A stretch of 40,524 nt of DNA from an uncultured Candidatus Saccharibacteria bacterium. GTDB taxonomy: Bacteria > Patescibacteriota > Minisyncoccia > UBA6257 > UBA9933. The stretch covers positions 1 to 40,524 of the forward strand of contig CAYIWD010000002.1 of NCBI GenBank assembly GCA_964367055.1. Direction: 5' to 3'. A model generated the notes under the pieces. That model worked only from the letters and a program-made list of their open reading frames with translations, had not been told where the DNA came from and made no database searches. Both the position numbers and the translations under genes were made by a program. Of the stretch, positions 25,728 to 34,752 are shown in pieces (position 1 is the first letter of the stretch; each line of letters begins with the position of its first letter).

Positions 25728-25742
25728 TAAATTAGCAACTCT

Positions 25743-26426
25743 ATGATAGCTCAAAGTTGGACTGAAATACTAATAAGTTCGCTTCAGGGAGTTTGGGTTG
25801 GCATTATTAACTTTTTGCCTTCGCTTATCGGCTCCTTGATTCTTATTGTTGTTGGCTTAATCGTTGCTTCGGGATTTAAAGCCTTAGTAGAAAGAGTTAT
25901 TAACGCTCTTAAGATTGACGCTTTATTAAGAAAGATGGGACTAGGTCCTTTCTTTGAAAGAGCTGGTATTCAGATTAATTCCGGTAAATTCGTCGGCCTT
26001 TTGGTTTATTGGTTTTTTGTCGTAGTTTTTGTTTTGGCGGTAACTGATATTTTAGGACTTTACGGCGTTTCTCTGTTCTTACGAGATGTCATTTCTTACA
26101 TCCCCAATATTATCGTAGCGGTTTTGATAATGCTGATTGCAGTTATTGTCGCCAACTTCCTTAAATCGCTTGTTAAGGCTTCGGTTGCAAGCGCCAAGCT
26201 TCATAACCCGAAATTTTTGGCGTCATTGGCTTGGTGGGTAGTGGTAGTATTCGGATTTCTGGCAGCCTTAATTCAAATTGGTATTGCCGCCGCTATTCTT
26301 AATACTCTGATTACGGGACTAATTGCCATGCTGGCTATTGCTGGCGGTATTGCTTTTGGCTTAGGCGGTAAAGACTACGCTAATCATCTTTTAGAAAGAT
26401 TTAGACAGCAAACAGAAGAAAGATAA
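25743..26426 (+). CDS. Polytopic membrane protein with repeated TM-helix motif (conserved TM helix / MscS-N-like)
   Basis: 227 aa with repeated hydrophobic segments of similar pattern. The family call is from memory only. Confidence 0.5.
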   Translation: MIAQSWTEILISSLQGVWVGIINFLPSLIGSLILIVVGLIVASGFKALVERVINALKIDALLRKMGLGPFFERAGIQINSGKFVGLLVYWFFVVVFVLAVTDILGLYGVSLFLRDVISYIPNIIVAVLIMLIAVIVANFLKSLVKASVASAKLHNPKFLASLAWWVVVVFGFLAALIQIGIAAAILNTLITGLIAMLAIAGGIAFGLGGKDYANHLLERFRQQTEER

Positions 26427-26452
26427 TTTAGACCGAATTCGATCTAAAAAAT

Positions 26453-26481
26453 AAAATCCTCCGGCATAAACGGAGGATTTT
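26453..26481 (+). terminator. Intrinsic terminator
   Basis: 11-bp perfect stem AAAATCCTCCG/CGGAGGATTTT with a 7-nt loop. Confidence 0.7.
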
Positions 26482-26485
26482 ATAG

Positions 26486-26514
26486 TTGAAAAATTAGACC
26501 AAATAAGATATAAT
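26486..26514 (+). promoter_or_regulatory. Consensus-like promoter giving a leaderless or near-leaderless mRNA
   Basis: TTGAAA, 17 nt, TATAAT, 8 nt, then the ATG at 26523. Confidence 0.5.
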
Positions 26515-26522
26515 TAATTTAT

Positions 26523-27161
26523 ATGGTTATCACTTTCTACGGCGAGGGGTGTTTTAAACTCCAAAGCGGCGATTTTGTTGTTTTAACAGACCCCTTTGAC
26601 GCTCAAACTGGCCTCACCGCGCCGCGTTTTAAATCAAATATTGTCTTAAAAACACTCACCCCGCTTCCATTAACTAACTCACTAATTAACCAATCAACTA
26701 ATCAGCTAATTTCTGGGCCCGGCGAATACCATTTTAAAGATATCATTATCACTGGATTTTTTCTCGCCAAAGAATCTTCAGAGAAATTTTTGAAAACAAT
26801 TTATTTGGCAAAAATCGAAGATATTACTCTTTGTTTTTTGGGTCACATTTCAGAAATGCCGGAGCCAACAATCTTGGAACATTTGGAAGAAATTGATATT
26901 CTGTTTATCCCTGCTGGCGGCCCGCCCTTTATTGGGGCTGAAGTAGCGATAAAAATTATAAAACAGATTGAGCCGAAAATTGTTATTCCGAGTTTTTTCA
27001 AGGTTCCCGGATTAAAAAGAACAGCTTTAAAATCCGAACTATTTTTGGAAGAATTAAATGGCAAAAGATCTGGACAAATGGAAAATCAAGACAAATTAAC
27101 TATCAAGAAAAAAGATTTAGCCGAAGTTAAAAAGACAGAAATTGTTGTATTGAAAATATAA
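26523..27161 (+). CDS. MBL-fold (beta-lactamase-like) hydrolase family protein, degenerate metal motif
   Basis: N-terminal ITFYGEGCFKLQSGDFVVLTDPF resembles UPF0173/Lactamase_B_3 proteins. No clear HxHxDH motif is present. Confidence 0.5.
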   Translation: MVITFYGEGCFKLQSGDFVVLTDPFDAQTGLTAPRFKSNIVLKTLTPLPLTNSLINQSTNQLISGPGEYHFKDIIITGFFLAKESSEKFLKTIYLAKIEDITLCFLGHISEMPEPTILEHLEEIDILFIPAGGPPFIGAEVAIKIIKQIEPKIVIPSFFKVPGLKRTALKSELFLEELNGKRSGQMENQDKLTIKKKDLAEVKKTEIVVLKI

Positions 27162-27166
27162 TTCTA

Positions 27167-27463
27167 ATGTTTCAAAAAATTAAAAATTGGCTCGCTAAAA
27201 TTCAAAATTCTAGTGAAAGCATTAAAAGACGATATTTAATTATTTTTACCGCTATTTCGATGGTTTTAGTAGTGAGCTTATGGTTGATTTATACTAATTC
27301 AATGACCCAATATGCCAATCAACAATTAGCGAATCAAAATTCAGAGGTCAAATTTTGGCAAATTTTTAAAAATGGTTTAAAAATCGTTGGCGGTTTAATT
27401 AAAGAAAATATTCAAAATATTATTTCGCAAATTTTCCAAAGCAAAACCATCACCATAAAATAA
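27167..27463 (+). CDS. Hypothetical single-pass membrane protein
   Basis: The ORF has one TM helix. A TAATG overlap links it to gyrA. Confidence 0.5.
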   Translation: MFQKIKNWLAKIQNSSESIKRRYLIIFTAISMVLVVSLWLIYTNSMTQYANQQLANQNSEVKFWQIFKNGLKIVGGLIKENIQNIISQIFQSKTITIK

Positions 27464-29916
27464 TGGACAAAGATTCAAGCAAAATTAATATTGGCAAAGT
27501 TGAAAAACGGGAAATTACCGATGAACTGCGCGAATCATATCTTGATTACGCGATGTCGGTAATTGTTTCCCGAGCCCTGCCTGATGTAAGAGACGGCTTA
27601 AAACCGGTTCAACGCCGTATCTTATGGACAATGTGGGAAGATGGCTTAACTCATGGTGCGAAATTTAGAAAATCCGCTACCGTTGTCGGCTCTTGTCTTG
27701 GCCGCTATCATCCTCATGGCGATATGGCGGTTTATGATGCCCTAGCCAGAATGGTTCAAGATTTTTCCTTGCGCTATCCTCTAATTACTGGTCAGGGTAA
27801 TTTTGGCTCAATAGACAATGACCCGCCGGCCGCCCAACGCTATACAGAAACCAAACTTTCTAAAATTTCCGAAGAGTTGCTTTTTGATATTGAAAAAGAA
27901 ACAGTTGACTGGCAACCGAATTACGACGCCAGCCGCGAGGAGCCGAAAGTTTTACCAGCCAAACTTCCTAATCTTTTACTTAATGGTTCAATCGGCATTG
28001 CTGTGGGTATGGCTACTAATATTCCGCCCCATAATTTAAATGAAGTGGTTAACGCTTTAATCCACTTAACTAGCCATCCAAAAAGTACGACCGAAGATTT
28101 AATGGAATTTATTCCTGGTCCGGACTTTCCGACTGGCGGAATTATTCACGATAAAAAAGCTATTGTTGACGCCTATGCCTCTGGACACGGACCAATCACT
28201 TGCCGGGCAAAAGCTGAAATTGAAGAAAGAAAAGCTGGCCAATTTAATATTGTCATTACCGAAATCCCCTACCAAGTCAACAAGGCCGAACTGCTAATTA
28301 AAATTGCCGAATTGGTTCAAGACAAAAAGATTGAAGGTATCCGCGACTTGCGAGATGAAAGCGACAGAGAAGGAATGCGCATTGTGGTTGAACTTAAAAG
28401 TGAATCTAATCCCCAGAAAGTTTTAAACCAACTTTATCAATACACCGACCTTCAAAAAGCTTTCCATCTTAATATGATTGCTTTAATTGATAACGGTATT
28501 CAACCGCAGCTTCTGTCATTAAAAGAGGTTTTAGTTGCTCACTTAGAACACCGCAAATTGATAGTTGAACGTCGAGCCAAATTTGACCTAAAAAAAGCTA
28601 AAGAGCGGGCTCATATTTTAGAGGGCTTAAGTAAGGCGCTATCAGTCATTGACCAAATAATTTCTACTATCAAAAAGTCAAAAGACCGAGCTGACGCGCT
28701 TCAAAATTTAATTAAAAAATTTGATTTCACCGAAATTCAAGCCAATGCCATTTTGGAAATGCGACTGCAAACTTTAGCCGCCTTGGAACGCCAAAAAATC
28801 GATGAAGAGTTAGAGGAAAAAAGAAAATTAATTAAAGAATTAGAAATACTTTTGAAAAGCCCGGAAAAAATTTTAGCCGTTATTAAAGACGAACTTGCGG
28901 AATTAAAGAAAAATTATAGCGATGAACGTCGGACAAAAATCATTAGCTCTGGCTTAAAAGAATTCAAAGAAGAAGACTTAGTGCCTCAAGAAGAAGTAAT
29001 TATCAATCTTTCGCAGAGCGGCTATATTAAAAGAGTGCCGCCGGCGACTATCAAGGTTCAGCGCCGCGGCGGAAAAGGGCTAATGGGCTCAGAAGTCAGC
29101 GATGAAGATTTTATCACTCATTTTATTTCGGCTAACACGCACGATAATATTTTGTTTTTCACCAACAAAGGCAGAGTTTTTCAAACCAAAGTTTATGAAA
29201 TTCCAGTTGGCTCTCGCACTGCCAAAGGAAAATTAATTCAAAACTTCTTAGAGATTCCCAATGACGAAACAATCAGTGCTATTATCAATTACCAGAGTGA
29301 AACCCAAAACTATTTGGTAATGGCAACGAGAGCTGGAATTATTAAAAAAACTTCTTTAGAGAATTTCACGAATATCAGGCGCACCGGCATTACCGCCATT
29401 ACTCTTCAAAAATCAGATCAGCTTAAATGGGTAAATCTATCCTCCGGCAAAGATGAAATAATTTTAGCCACGAGTCGCGGTCAAGCCATCAGATTTAAAG
29501 AATCGCAGTTGCGGCCAACCGGCCGTTCAGCCAGCGGAGTTAGAGCTATTAGACTTAAAACTAATGACTTTGTGGCTGGATTTGATATAATTACAGATAA
29601 CAAAGAGCAAAGCGCCAAACGCAAATTATTAATAGTGACGGAAAACGGATTTGCCAAGCAAACCCTGATTAGCCAATATAAAGTTCAAAGCCGCGGCGGC
29701 CAAGGGATAAAAACATCAAAAATCACCCCAAAAACCGGTTCAATCGCCAGCGCCAAGATTATTACTGACGAAGAAGAACTTTTGGCACTTTCTCTTAAGG
29801 GCCAAATTATCAGAACCAAAATATCGGATATTAGAACCGCTAGCCGAGCCACTTCTGGCGTTAGAATTATGAGATTAAAAGAAGGAGATAAAATAGCCGG
29901 AGCCGTTACTTTATAA
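27463..29916 (+). CDS. gyrA: DNA gyrase subunit A
   Basis: [18 protein letters not shown], the [16 protein letters not shown], the active-site AAQRYTE, and C-terminal beta-pinwheel repeats are present; 817 aa. Confidence 0.95.
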   Translation: MDKDSSKINIGKVEKREITDELRESYLDYAMSVIVSRALPDVRDGLKPVQRRILWTMWEDGLTHGAKFRKSATVVGSCLGRYHPHGDMAVYDALARMVQDFSLRYPLITGQGNFGSIDNDPPAAQRYTETKLSKISEELLFDIEKETVDWQPNYDASREEPKVLPAKLPNLLLNGSIGIAVGMATNIPPHNLNEVVNALIHLTSHPKSTTEDLMEFIPGPDFPTGGIIHDKKAIVDAYASGHGPITCRAKAEIEERKAGQFNIVITEIPYQVNKAELLIKIAELVQDKKIEGIRDLRDESDREGMRIVVELKSESNPQKVLNQLYQYTDLQKAFHLNMIALIDNGIQPQLLSLKEVLVAHLEHRKLIVERRAKFDLKKAKERAHILEGLSKALSVIDQIISTIKKSKDRADALQNLIKKFDFTEIQANAILEMRLQTLAALERQKIDEELEEKRKLIKELEILLKSPEKILAVIKDELAELKKNYSDERRTKIISSGLKEFKEEDLVPQEEVIINLSQSGYIKRVPPATIKVQRRGGKGLMGSEVSDEDFITHFISANTHDNILFFTNKGRVFQTKVYEIPVGSRTAKGKLIQNFLEIPNDETISAIINYQSETQNYLVMATRAGIIKKTSLENFTNIRRTGITAITLQKSDQLKWVNLSSGKDEIILATSRGQAIRFKESQLRPTGRSASGVRAIRLKTNDFVAGFDIITDNKEQSAKRKLLIVTENGFAKQTLISQYKVQSRGGQGIKTSKITPKTGSIASAKIITDEEELLALSLKGQIIRTKISDIRTASRATSGVRIMRLKEGDKIAGAVTL

Positions 29917-29928
29917 TAATTAATAATT

Positions 29929-31245
29929 ATGAATCTTACCCGCAACCAAACTATCATTATCGGCGTCGCTGGATTAATTGCCTTGTTCTTTATCTTGCTT
30001 TTTCTTGGTTTAATCCCAGGCTTAAAAGCGCCTGGCAGTGGTGGTGGCACTCTAAACCCAGGTTCTCAAACCAAAATTGATTTTTGGGGTGTGGCTGAAG
30101 TCAATAATGCAAATGCTATCCAATCAGTCATTAATGAATATTCAAAAATAAATAACGCTGTCTCTATTAGTTATCGTCAATTTGATAACGCCGATACCTA
30201 CGAAAAAACTCTTTTAAACGCTCTAGCTACTAACCAAGGACCGGATATTTTAATGTTTCATAATACTTGGCTGCCAAAACACCTTAGCAAGCTCGCCTCC
30301 GTGCCAGAAACTATTTTTAATCTCGGTTATTTGGCGCAGCTGTTTCCAGATATAATTAAATCCGATTTTGTTTCTCAAAATAAAATTTACGCTTTGCCGC
30401 TTTACATAGACACGCTTGCTCTTATTTATAATAAAGATATTTTTAATTCAAAATCAATTGCTTTGCCGCCAAAAACTTGGTCGGATTTCCAGAGTTTAAT
30501 TCCTCAGCTTCGCGAACTTAATACTCTAAATCAAATTACCAAGCCAGCCGCAGCGATTGGCGGTTCAAACAAAAGCATTGACACCGCCTCGGATATTCTA
30601 AATCTTTTAATGCTTCAATTCGGTAGCCAGTTTATTAATCAAAGTAGCGGAGAAGTAAGTTTTGGCAATCAGGGTCTAGCAGCTTTTAATTTTTATCTCT
30701 CATTCGCTAACCCCAGCAGTCAGTATTACACCTGGAACGACAACCTAACTTCTTCTATAGATAGTTTTAGCCAAGGCGATTTGGCTATGATTTTCAATTA
30801 CAACTTTATCCTTCGTTTAATCAAAGCAAAAAATCCTTATTTAAATATTAGAGTGTCTAACCTGCCGCAATTTTATCCAGACCAAGCTGACAAAATTAAA
30901 AATTACGCCAACTATTGGGGCTTGGCAGTTTCTAAACAAAGCAAAAATCAAATTGCGGCTTGGAATTTTATTGTTTCCGCCGCCGCTAATTATCAAATAG
31001 CGGAAGTTTATCTGACAACAAGCGGCCAGCCGCCAGCTTTAAATTTTTTAATTGAAAAATATAAAGATGACCCAAATCTTGGTGTTTTTGTTAGGCAAGC
31101 TTTAACGAGCGATTCCTGGCCCCAACCAGACAACGTAGCTATAAAAACTATTTTTTCCGATATGATTTCTTCTGTTTTAAGCGGCCAGCTTAATTCCAAA
31201 CAAGCCTTAGACCAAGCCCAAAACCAAATTAACGAATTGAAATGA
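29929..31245 (+). CDS. Extracellular solute-binding protein, family 1 (sugar-type), membrane-anchored, orphan
   Basis: 438 aa with an N-terminal TM anchor and an SBP_bac_1-like pattern (DILMFHNTWLPKH.., YALPLYIDTLALIYNKDIF). No permease or ATPase gene is adjacent. An ATGA overlap links it to the first pilin-like gene. Confidence 0.7.
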   Translation: MNLTRNQTIIIGVAGLIALFFILLFLGLIPGLKAPGSGGGTLNPGSQTKIDFWGVAEVNNANAIQSVINEYSKINNAVSISYRQFDNADTYEKTLLNALATNQGPDILMFHNTWLPKHLSKLASVPETIFNLGYLAQLFPDIIKSDFVSQNKIYALPLYIDTLALIYNKDIFNSKSIALPPKTWSDFQSLIPQLRELNTLNQITKPAAAIGGSNKSIDTASDILNLLMLQFGSQFINQSSGEVSFGNQGLAAFNFYLSFANPSSQYYTWNDNLTSSIDSFSQGDLAMIFNYNFILRLIKAKNPYLNIRVSNLPQFYPDQADKIKNYANYWGLAVSKQSKNQIAAWNFIVSAAANYQIAEVYLTTSGQPPALNFLIEKYKDDPNLGVFVRQALTSDSWPQPDNVAIKTIFSDMISSVLSGQLNSKQALDQAQNQINELK

Positions 31246-31649
31246 GAAAACTCGTCGCACTATTTTCTATTTTATATTTGCTATTTGCTATTTTTGTTGT
31301 TCAGGCAGCTGGCTTAGTGCCTTGCGGCGGAAAAGATGCCAGCGGAAACAGCGAGCCGGCTTGCAACTGGTGTTTTTTGATGGAAATGGTTTCTAGGGTT
31401 ATTAATTATCTTATTTACATTATTTTTCCGCTTGCCGCAATTATGATTGTTGTGGGTGGCGGATTTATTATGACGGCCGCTGGCTCGCCCGTTAGAGTTG
31501 CTAAGGGTAAAGAAATTATTACTGCCGCGGTTATTGGCTTATTAATCGCCTTGCTTTCGTATTTAATTATTGATACAATAATTAAGATAATCGCCGTGGG
31601 CTGGGATAATTTAAACATCGGCCCATGGAACACATTAAAATGTTCGTAA
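31242..31649 (+). CDS. VirB2/TrbC-like (T4SS-pilin-like) small membrane protein, paralog 1
   Basis: Signal peptide, Cys-rich segment (VPCGG..CNWC), then two TM helices around a short basic loop (IIFPLAAIMIVVGGGFIMTAAGSPVRVAKGKEIITAAVIGLLIALLSY). Confidence 0.65.
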   Translation: MRKLVALFSILYLLFAIFVVQAAGLVPCGGKDASGNSEPACNWCFLMEMVSRVINYLIYIIFPLAAIMIVVGGGFIMTAAGSPVRVAKGKEIITAAVIGLLIALLSYLIIDTIIKIIAVGWDNLNIGPWNTLKCS

Positions 31650-32086
31650 AAAAACTTACAATAATTTTAGCCGCTGTTAGTTTATTTAATATGTTCTTGA
31701 TGAACAGTCTTGTTTTTGCTCAAACCACCGCCACAAACAGCGCCAACGAGCTTTGCAAAGACCCCTCAACTTGTCCAGTTAAAAGTATAACTGATGTTTA
31801 CAATATTTTAGGCAGAGTTGTCAGCTACACCTATACTATTTTCTTTATCGTGGCTATATTTTTTATTCTCTTGGCGGCTTTTAGTTTTCTAACCGCCAGA
31901 GGTGACCCACAAAAAATCATTTCCGCCAGAAACCAAATTTTATGGGCCGCTGTAGCAATTGCTATTGCCTTACTTTCTTACGCCGCCAGCGCCATTATTA
32001 AAGATATTTTAGGTAGCGGCAGTCCAAGCCCGGTCCCGGGAGGAACACCTACGATGCAATTTGATAAAAAACCATATATTTCGTAA
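31640..32086 (+). CDS. VirB2/TrbC-like small membrane protein, paralog 2
   Basis: Signal peptide ending VFAQ, two Cys, then TM-loop-TM (ILLAAFSFLTARGDPQKIISARNQILWAAVAIAIALLSY). The start is taken at the ATG at 31640; the track start is 31625. Confidence 0.65.
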   Translation: MFVKKLTIILAAVSLFNMFLMNSLVFAQTTATNSANELCKDPSTCPVKSITDVYNILGRVVSYTYTIFFIVAIFFILLAAFSFLTARGDPQKIISARNQILWAAVAIAIALLSYAASAIIKDILGSGSPSPVPGGTPTMQFDKKPYIS

Positions 32087-32126
32087 AATAACTAAAAGGT
32101 CGAGAATGAATTTAGAAATTTAAATT

Positions 32127-32498
32127 ATGAAATCACTTAAAGCGAGAATAGCCATATCATCTCTAGTGGTTAGTTCTATTGTTTTGTTGTTAACTGGCAC
32201 AGCATTAGCCCAAATTCCCCCTCCTAGCACGACCCCACCGCCAATAAATATAACAACCGCTTCAGGCTTACAGGCTATAATTAACAGGGTGATAGGCTGG
32301 ATTTATGTCTTTTTCTTTGTCATTGCCATAATATTAATTCTTTTTGCCGCTTTCACTTATTTGACTTCTGGTGGCGATGCCGAAAAAGTTACTAGCGCAA
32401 AAAATCAGCTGATTTACGCTGCTGTTGCTATAGCAATAGCTCTCTTAGCCTATAGTTTTACGGCAATTGTCAGCAACATTGTGGGTGGGACGTCGTAA
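32127..32498 (+). CDS. VirB2/TrbC-like small membrane protein, paralog 3
   Basis: Signal peptide ending ALAQ, a P/T-rich linker, then ILFAAFTYLTSGGDAEKVTSAKNQLIYAAVAIAIALLAY. Confidence 0.65.
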   Translation: MKSLKARIAISSLVVSSIVLLLTGTALAQIPPPSTTPPPINITTASGLQAIINRVIGWIYVFFFVIAIILILFAAFTYLTSGGDAEKVTSAKNQLIYAAVAIAIALLAYSFTAIVSNIVGGTS

Positions 32499-32621
32499 AA
32501 CATTAAACAAGCTCTGTTAATTTTTTCTAACCAAGATTTTATCTTTAATGCTCGGTAGTTAAAAGCTACTGGGCATACCCAGTACCTAAAAATTTCTAAT
32601 TTCTAATTTAAGGTACTAGGC

Positions 32622-32951
32622 ATGCTCAATGTATTTCTTAAAATTTTAGGCTTGATGCCGAAGGTTTTGGCGCAAGATTTCGGCACCGGCGGCACTACGC
32701 TTCCCAACCCCTTAGGCACTAACGCGACTGTAATGACTATCATTAACAATGTCCTAAATTATTTTATTTATATCAGCGTCCCGATTTTCGCCATAATGAT
32801 TTTAGTCGGTGGTTTCCAAATTTTAACTGCTCGCGACAATCCGGAAAAAATTAAAAGCGGTAGAAATACAATTATGTATGCCGCTATCGGCTTTACCATT
32901 ATTTTAATTTCCAAGGGCGTTGCTTTAATTCTTCTAAGTATACTCGGCTAA
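32622..32951 (+). CDS. VirB2/TrbC-like small membrane protein, paralog 4
   Basis: Signal peptide ending VLAQ, then ILVGGFQILTARDNPEKIKSGRNTIMYAAIGFTIILIS. Confidence 0.65.
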   Translation: MLNVFLKILGLMPKVLAQDFGTGGTTLPNPLGTNATVMTIINNVLNYFIYISVPIFAIMILVGGFQILTARDNPEKIKSGRNTIMYAAIGFTIILISKGVALILLSILG

Positions 32952-32996
32952 GAAAAAAACAACCCCACAGACATGAGCATTGCTCAGTCGGTGGGG
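32952..32996 (-). terminator. Hairpin terminator between the convergent pilin array and SPFH operon
   Basis: CCCCAC (32963-32968) pairs with GTGGGG (32991-32996), with an inner TGAGCA/TGCTCA stem. A U-run follows on the minus strand (TTGTTTTTTT). Confidence 0.55.
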
Positions 32997-33061
32997 TCGC
33001 CACTAATCAAAGTACTAATTTAAATCTAAATCACCTCCTTTCACAAACTGAACAACACTCA

Positions 33062-33628
33062 TCATCTTTTTGGCCTGAGAAAAATCGCCATCCTTAACGG
33101 TTTACCCGTCAAGGACATCAAACCCAGCTTCTTATCCGGGATTTCATCTCCTAGGAATGGCCACTTCTTGCCGGCCAGGAAATCGAATTCATCCTGACCT
33201 TCCGCGTTTTTTTGTGTTAACTTGACGCGGAAATCTTGGTCGACCACAAAGTGCCCCCAATGGTGTTCTGGAAAAGGCACCCATGTGTAACGGTCGGGGT
33301 AGAGAATAATTTCTATTTTATTCTTAACCGCTTCCCGTACTAACGCTGGCCGTCGTCTCGCCTCTTCCTCTTGAGTTTTATGATAATATTTTGTCCCCCC
33401 GATAAAAAGGACAGAAGCCGTTCCAATTACGATTATGTAATTGGCAAGAGTAAGCGCAGGTTTTGGGATGACGAATAGTCCAAGAAACCCGGCGAATCGC
33501 AAGCCAATCGCTAAGATGACCAATACCGCAATCAGCCCACCAAAAAAACCGGCCAGCGAGAAAGCAAGGATGACTAACGGAAGGCCAACAACGCCCAACG
33601 CTACAGTCAAAAAGATTAGGGATCTCAT
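33062..33628 (-). CDS. Membrane protein (3 TM plus a soluble C-terminal domain) translationally coupled to the SPFH gene
   Basis: An ATGA overlap links it to the SPFH gene, and SD AGGAGGAGGA lies inside that gene's 3' end. No NfeD OB-fold motif was recognised. Confidence 0.55.
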   Translation of the reverse strand: MRSLIFLTVALGVVGLPLVILAFSLAGFFGGLIAVLVILAIGLRFAGFLGLFVIPKPALTLANYIIVIGTASVLFIGGTKYYHKTQEEEARRRPALVREAVKNKIEIILYPDRYTWVPFPEHHWGHFVVDQDFRVKLTQKNAEGQDEFDFLAGKKWPFLGDEIPDKKLGLMSLTGKPLRMAIFLRPKR

Positions 33629-34380
33629 TTTCCTCCTCCTTTCAATGTCCTAGTTACATCAGCGGCAATATCGCCGAGAGTCATAAGCCAGCTTGGTACG
33701 CCAGCAGCCTGTGCTTTGTCTTTAATGCGTTGGCCCTCCCTTTCAGCGGTAGCCGCCTCTTCTGCGACCTCCGTCAACTTCTCTGGGAGAATGAGGTTTT
33801 GAATTCGTATTTCCATCTTAACTCCCCACTGTGCCAAAACCTCGTTATCCAGAATTACATTCACAGCGTCTTGAATATTGCTCGCAATCGCCATATTAGG
33901 CCTGCGTTTTTCCTTCGGCCCATCTTGAGCTTGGGTAACTTGGATAATCTCAATCAGATCCTCCTCGGCCGAGTACTTCTTCATCTCGGCTTGGATGTAC
34001 CCCCTAATCCTTGTTTGGATTAGAGTATTTCTTTGCTCGTAGTTAATGACGGTCGCGACTTTAACCGCGTCTGCCACCTGTTGGGTGTGAACGATATAAT
34101 CCACACCGATCTCAACGGCATCCCTGGTGATAACATTTACCGCCGGCGGGTCAGATGGCTCATTTTTGAGCGTAACCCGCGCCAACTGTTCTTCCCAGCC
34201 AGGGATAACTTGATGTGTTCCCGCGGCAAGAGCTCGAGGTACGCCTGTCCAAATATTTTTGACCACCACGGCTTCGTAGGGGTCAACCTCGATCAACCCC
34301 GCCTTAAACAAAAACACAGCGACCATTATAACAAAAAGCCCCAAAACCACACCAAAAAAAACGATTTCTAAAATCAACAT
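33625..34380 (-). CDS. SPFH/band-7 (prohibitin/stomatin-like) domain membrane protein
   Basis: N-terminal TM helix, then an SPFH-like core (..VVVKNIWTG.., VITRDAVEIGVDYIVHTQ) and a coiled-coil tail (AEEAATAEREGQRIKDKAQ). The start is moved to the ATG at 34380, behind SD GGGGAAGGA. Confidence 0.7.
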   Translation of the reverse strand: MLILEIVFFGVVLGLFVIMVAVFLFKAGLIEVDPYEAVVVKNIWTGVPRALAAGTHQVIPGWEEQLARVTLKNEPSDPPAVNVITRDAVEIGVDYIVHTQQVADAVKVATVINYEQRNTLIQTRIRGYIQAEMKKYSAEEDLIEIIQVTQAQDGPKEKRRPNMAIASNIQDAVNVILDNEVLAQWGVKMEIRIQNLILPEKLTEVAEEAATAEREGQRIKDKAQAAGVPSWLMTLGDIAADVTRTLKGGGK

Positions 34381-34539
34381 TTTCCTTCCCCTTTCCGGCC
34401 AATGGCCAATCAAATTTGTGTTGTTTTTTTATTTCATTCCTTATAAAATTATTAAAGTTCTCTTTTCAAGTTTCAAGAGTTAAGATTTCTATTCTCTTGA
34501 AGTTACCGAAAGTATAGCATATAATACTAAGGAAGTCAA

Positions 34540-34620
34540 GGGCAGGTGGTGAAATGGCAAACACGCTAGCTTTAGGGGCTAGTGCCGAAAGGTTTGAGGG
34601 TTCAAGTCCCTCCCTGCCCA
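34540..34620 (+). tRNA. tRNA-Leu (anticodon TAG), type II; CCA not encoded
   Basis: Acceptor GGGCAGG/CCTGCCC, anticodon stem CTAGC/GCTAG with loop TTTAGGG, T arm GAGGG-TTCAAGT-CCCTC. A -10-like CATATAAT lies 13 nt upstream. Confidence 0.9.
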
Positions 34621-34677
34621 CAAAAAAAATAAAAAACCGTGAAATACCCCAAACTACTAAAAACCAAAAACTGCTAA

Positions 34678-34719
34678 ATTTGCTATAATAACTAACGATC
34701 GTTAGTTATTATAGCAAAT
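34678..34719. repeat. 42-bp perfect palindrome containing TGCTATAAT on both strands
   Basis: ATTTGCTATAATAACTAACGATCGTTAGTTATTATAGCAAAT equals its own reverse complement. It lies between tRNA-Leu and the 3' end of the PaaX-like gene. Confidence 0.9.
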
Positions 34720-34752
34720 CACTTTCCCCGAATAATTATATCTTATCCAACT

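Noticed and set aside
33000-33061. Orphan Shine-Dalgarno GAAAGGAGGTGAT on the minus strand downstream of gene 33062-33628
   Set aside because: No usable start codon or ORF follows it; stops occur within a few codons in all frames. It is probably a remnant or a chance match.
33441-34371. Three plus-strand ORFs (33441-33653, 33730-34023, 34033-34371)
   Set aside because: All are antisense to the SPFH pair. Long open antisense frames are expected from the locally higher GC, and the minus-strand genes have SDs, coupling and recognisable domains.
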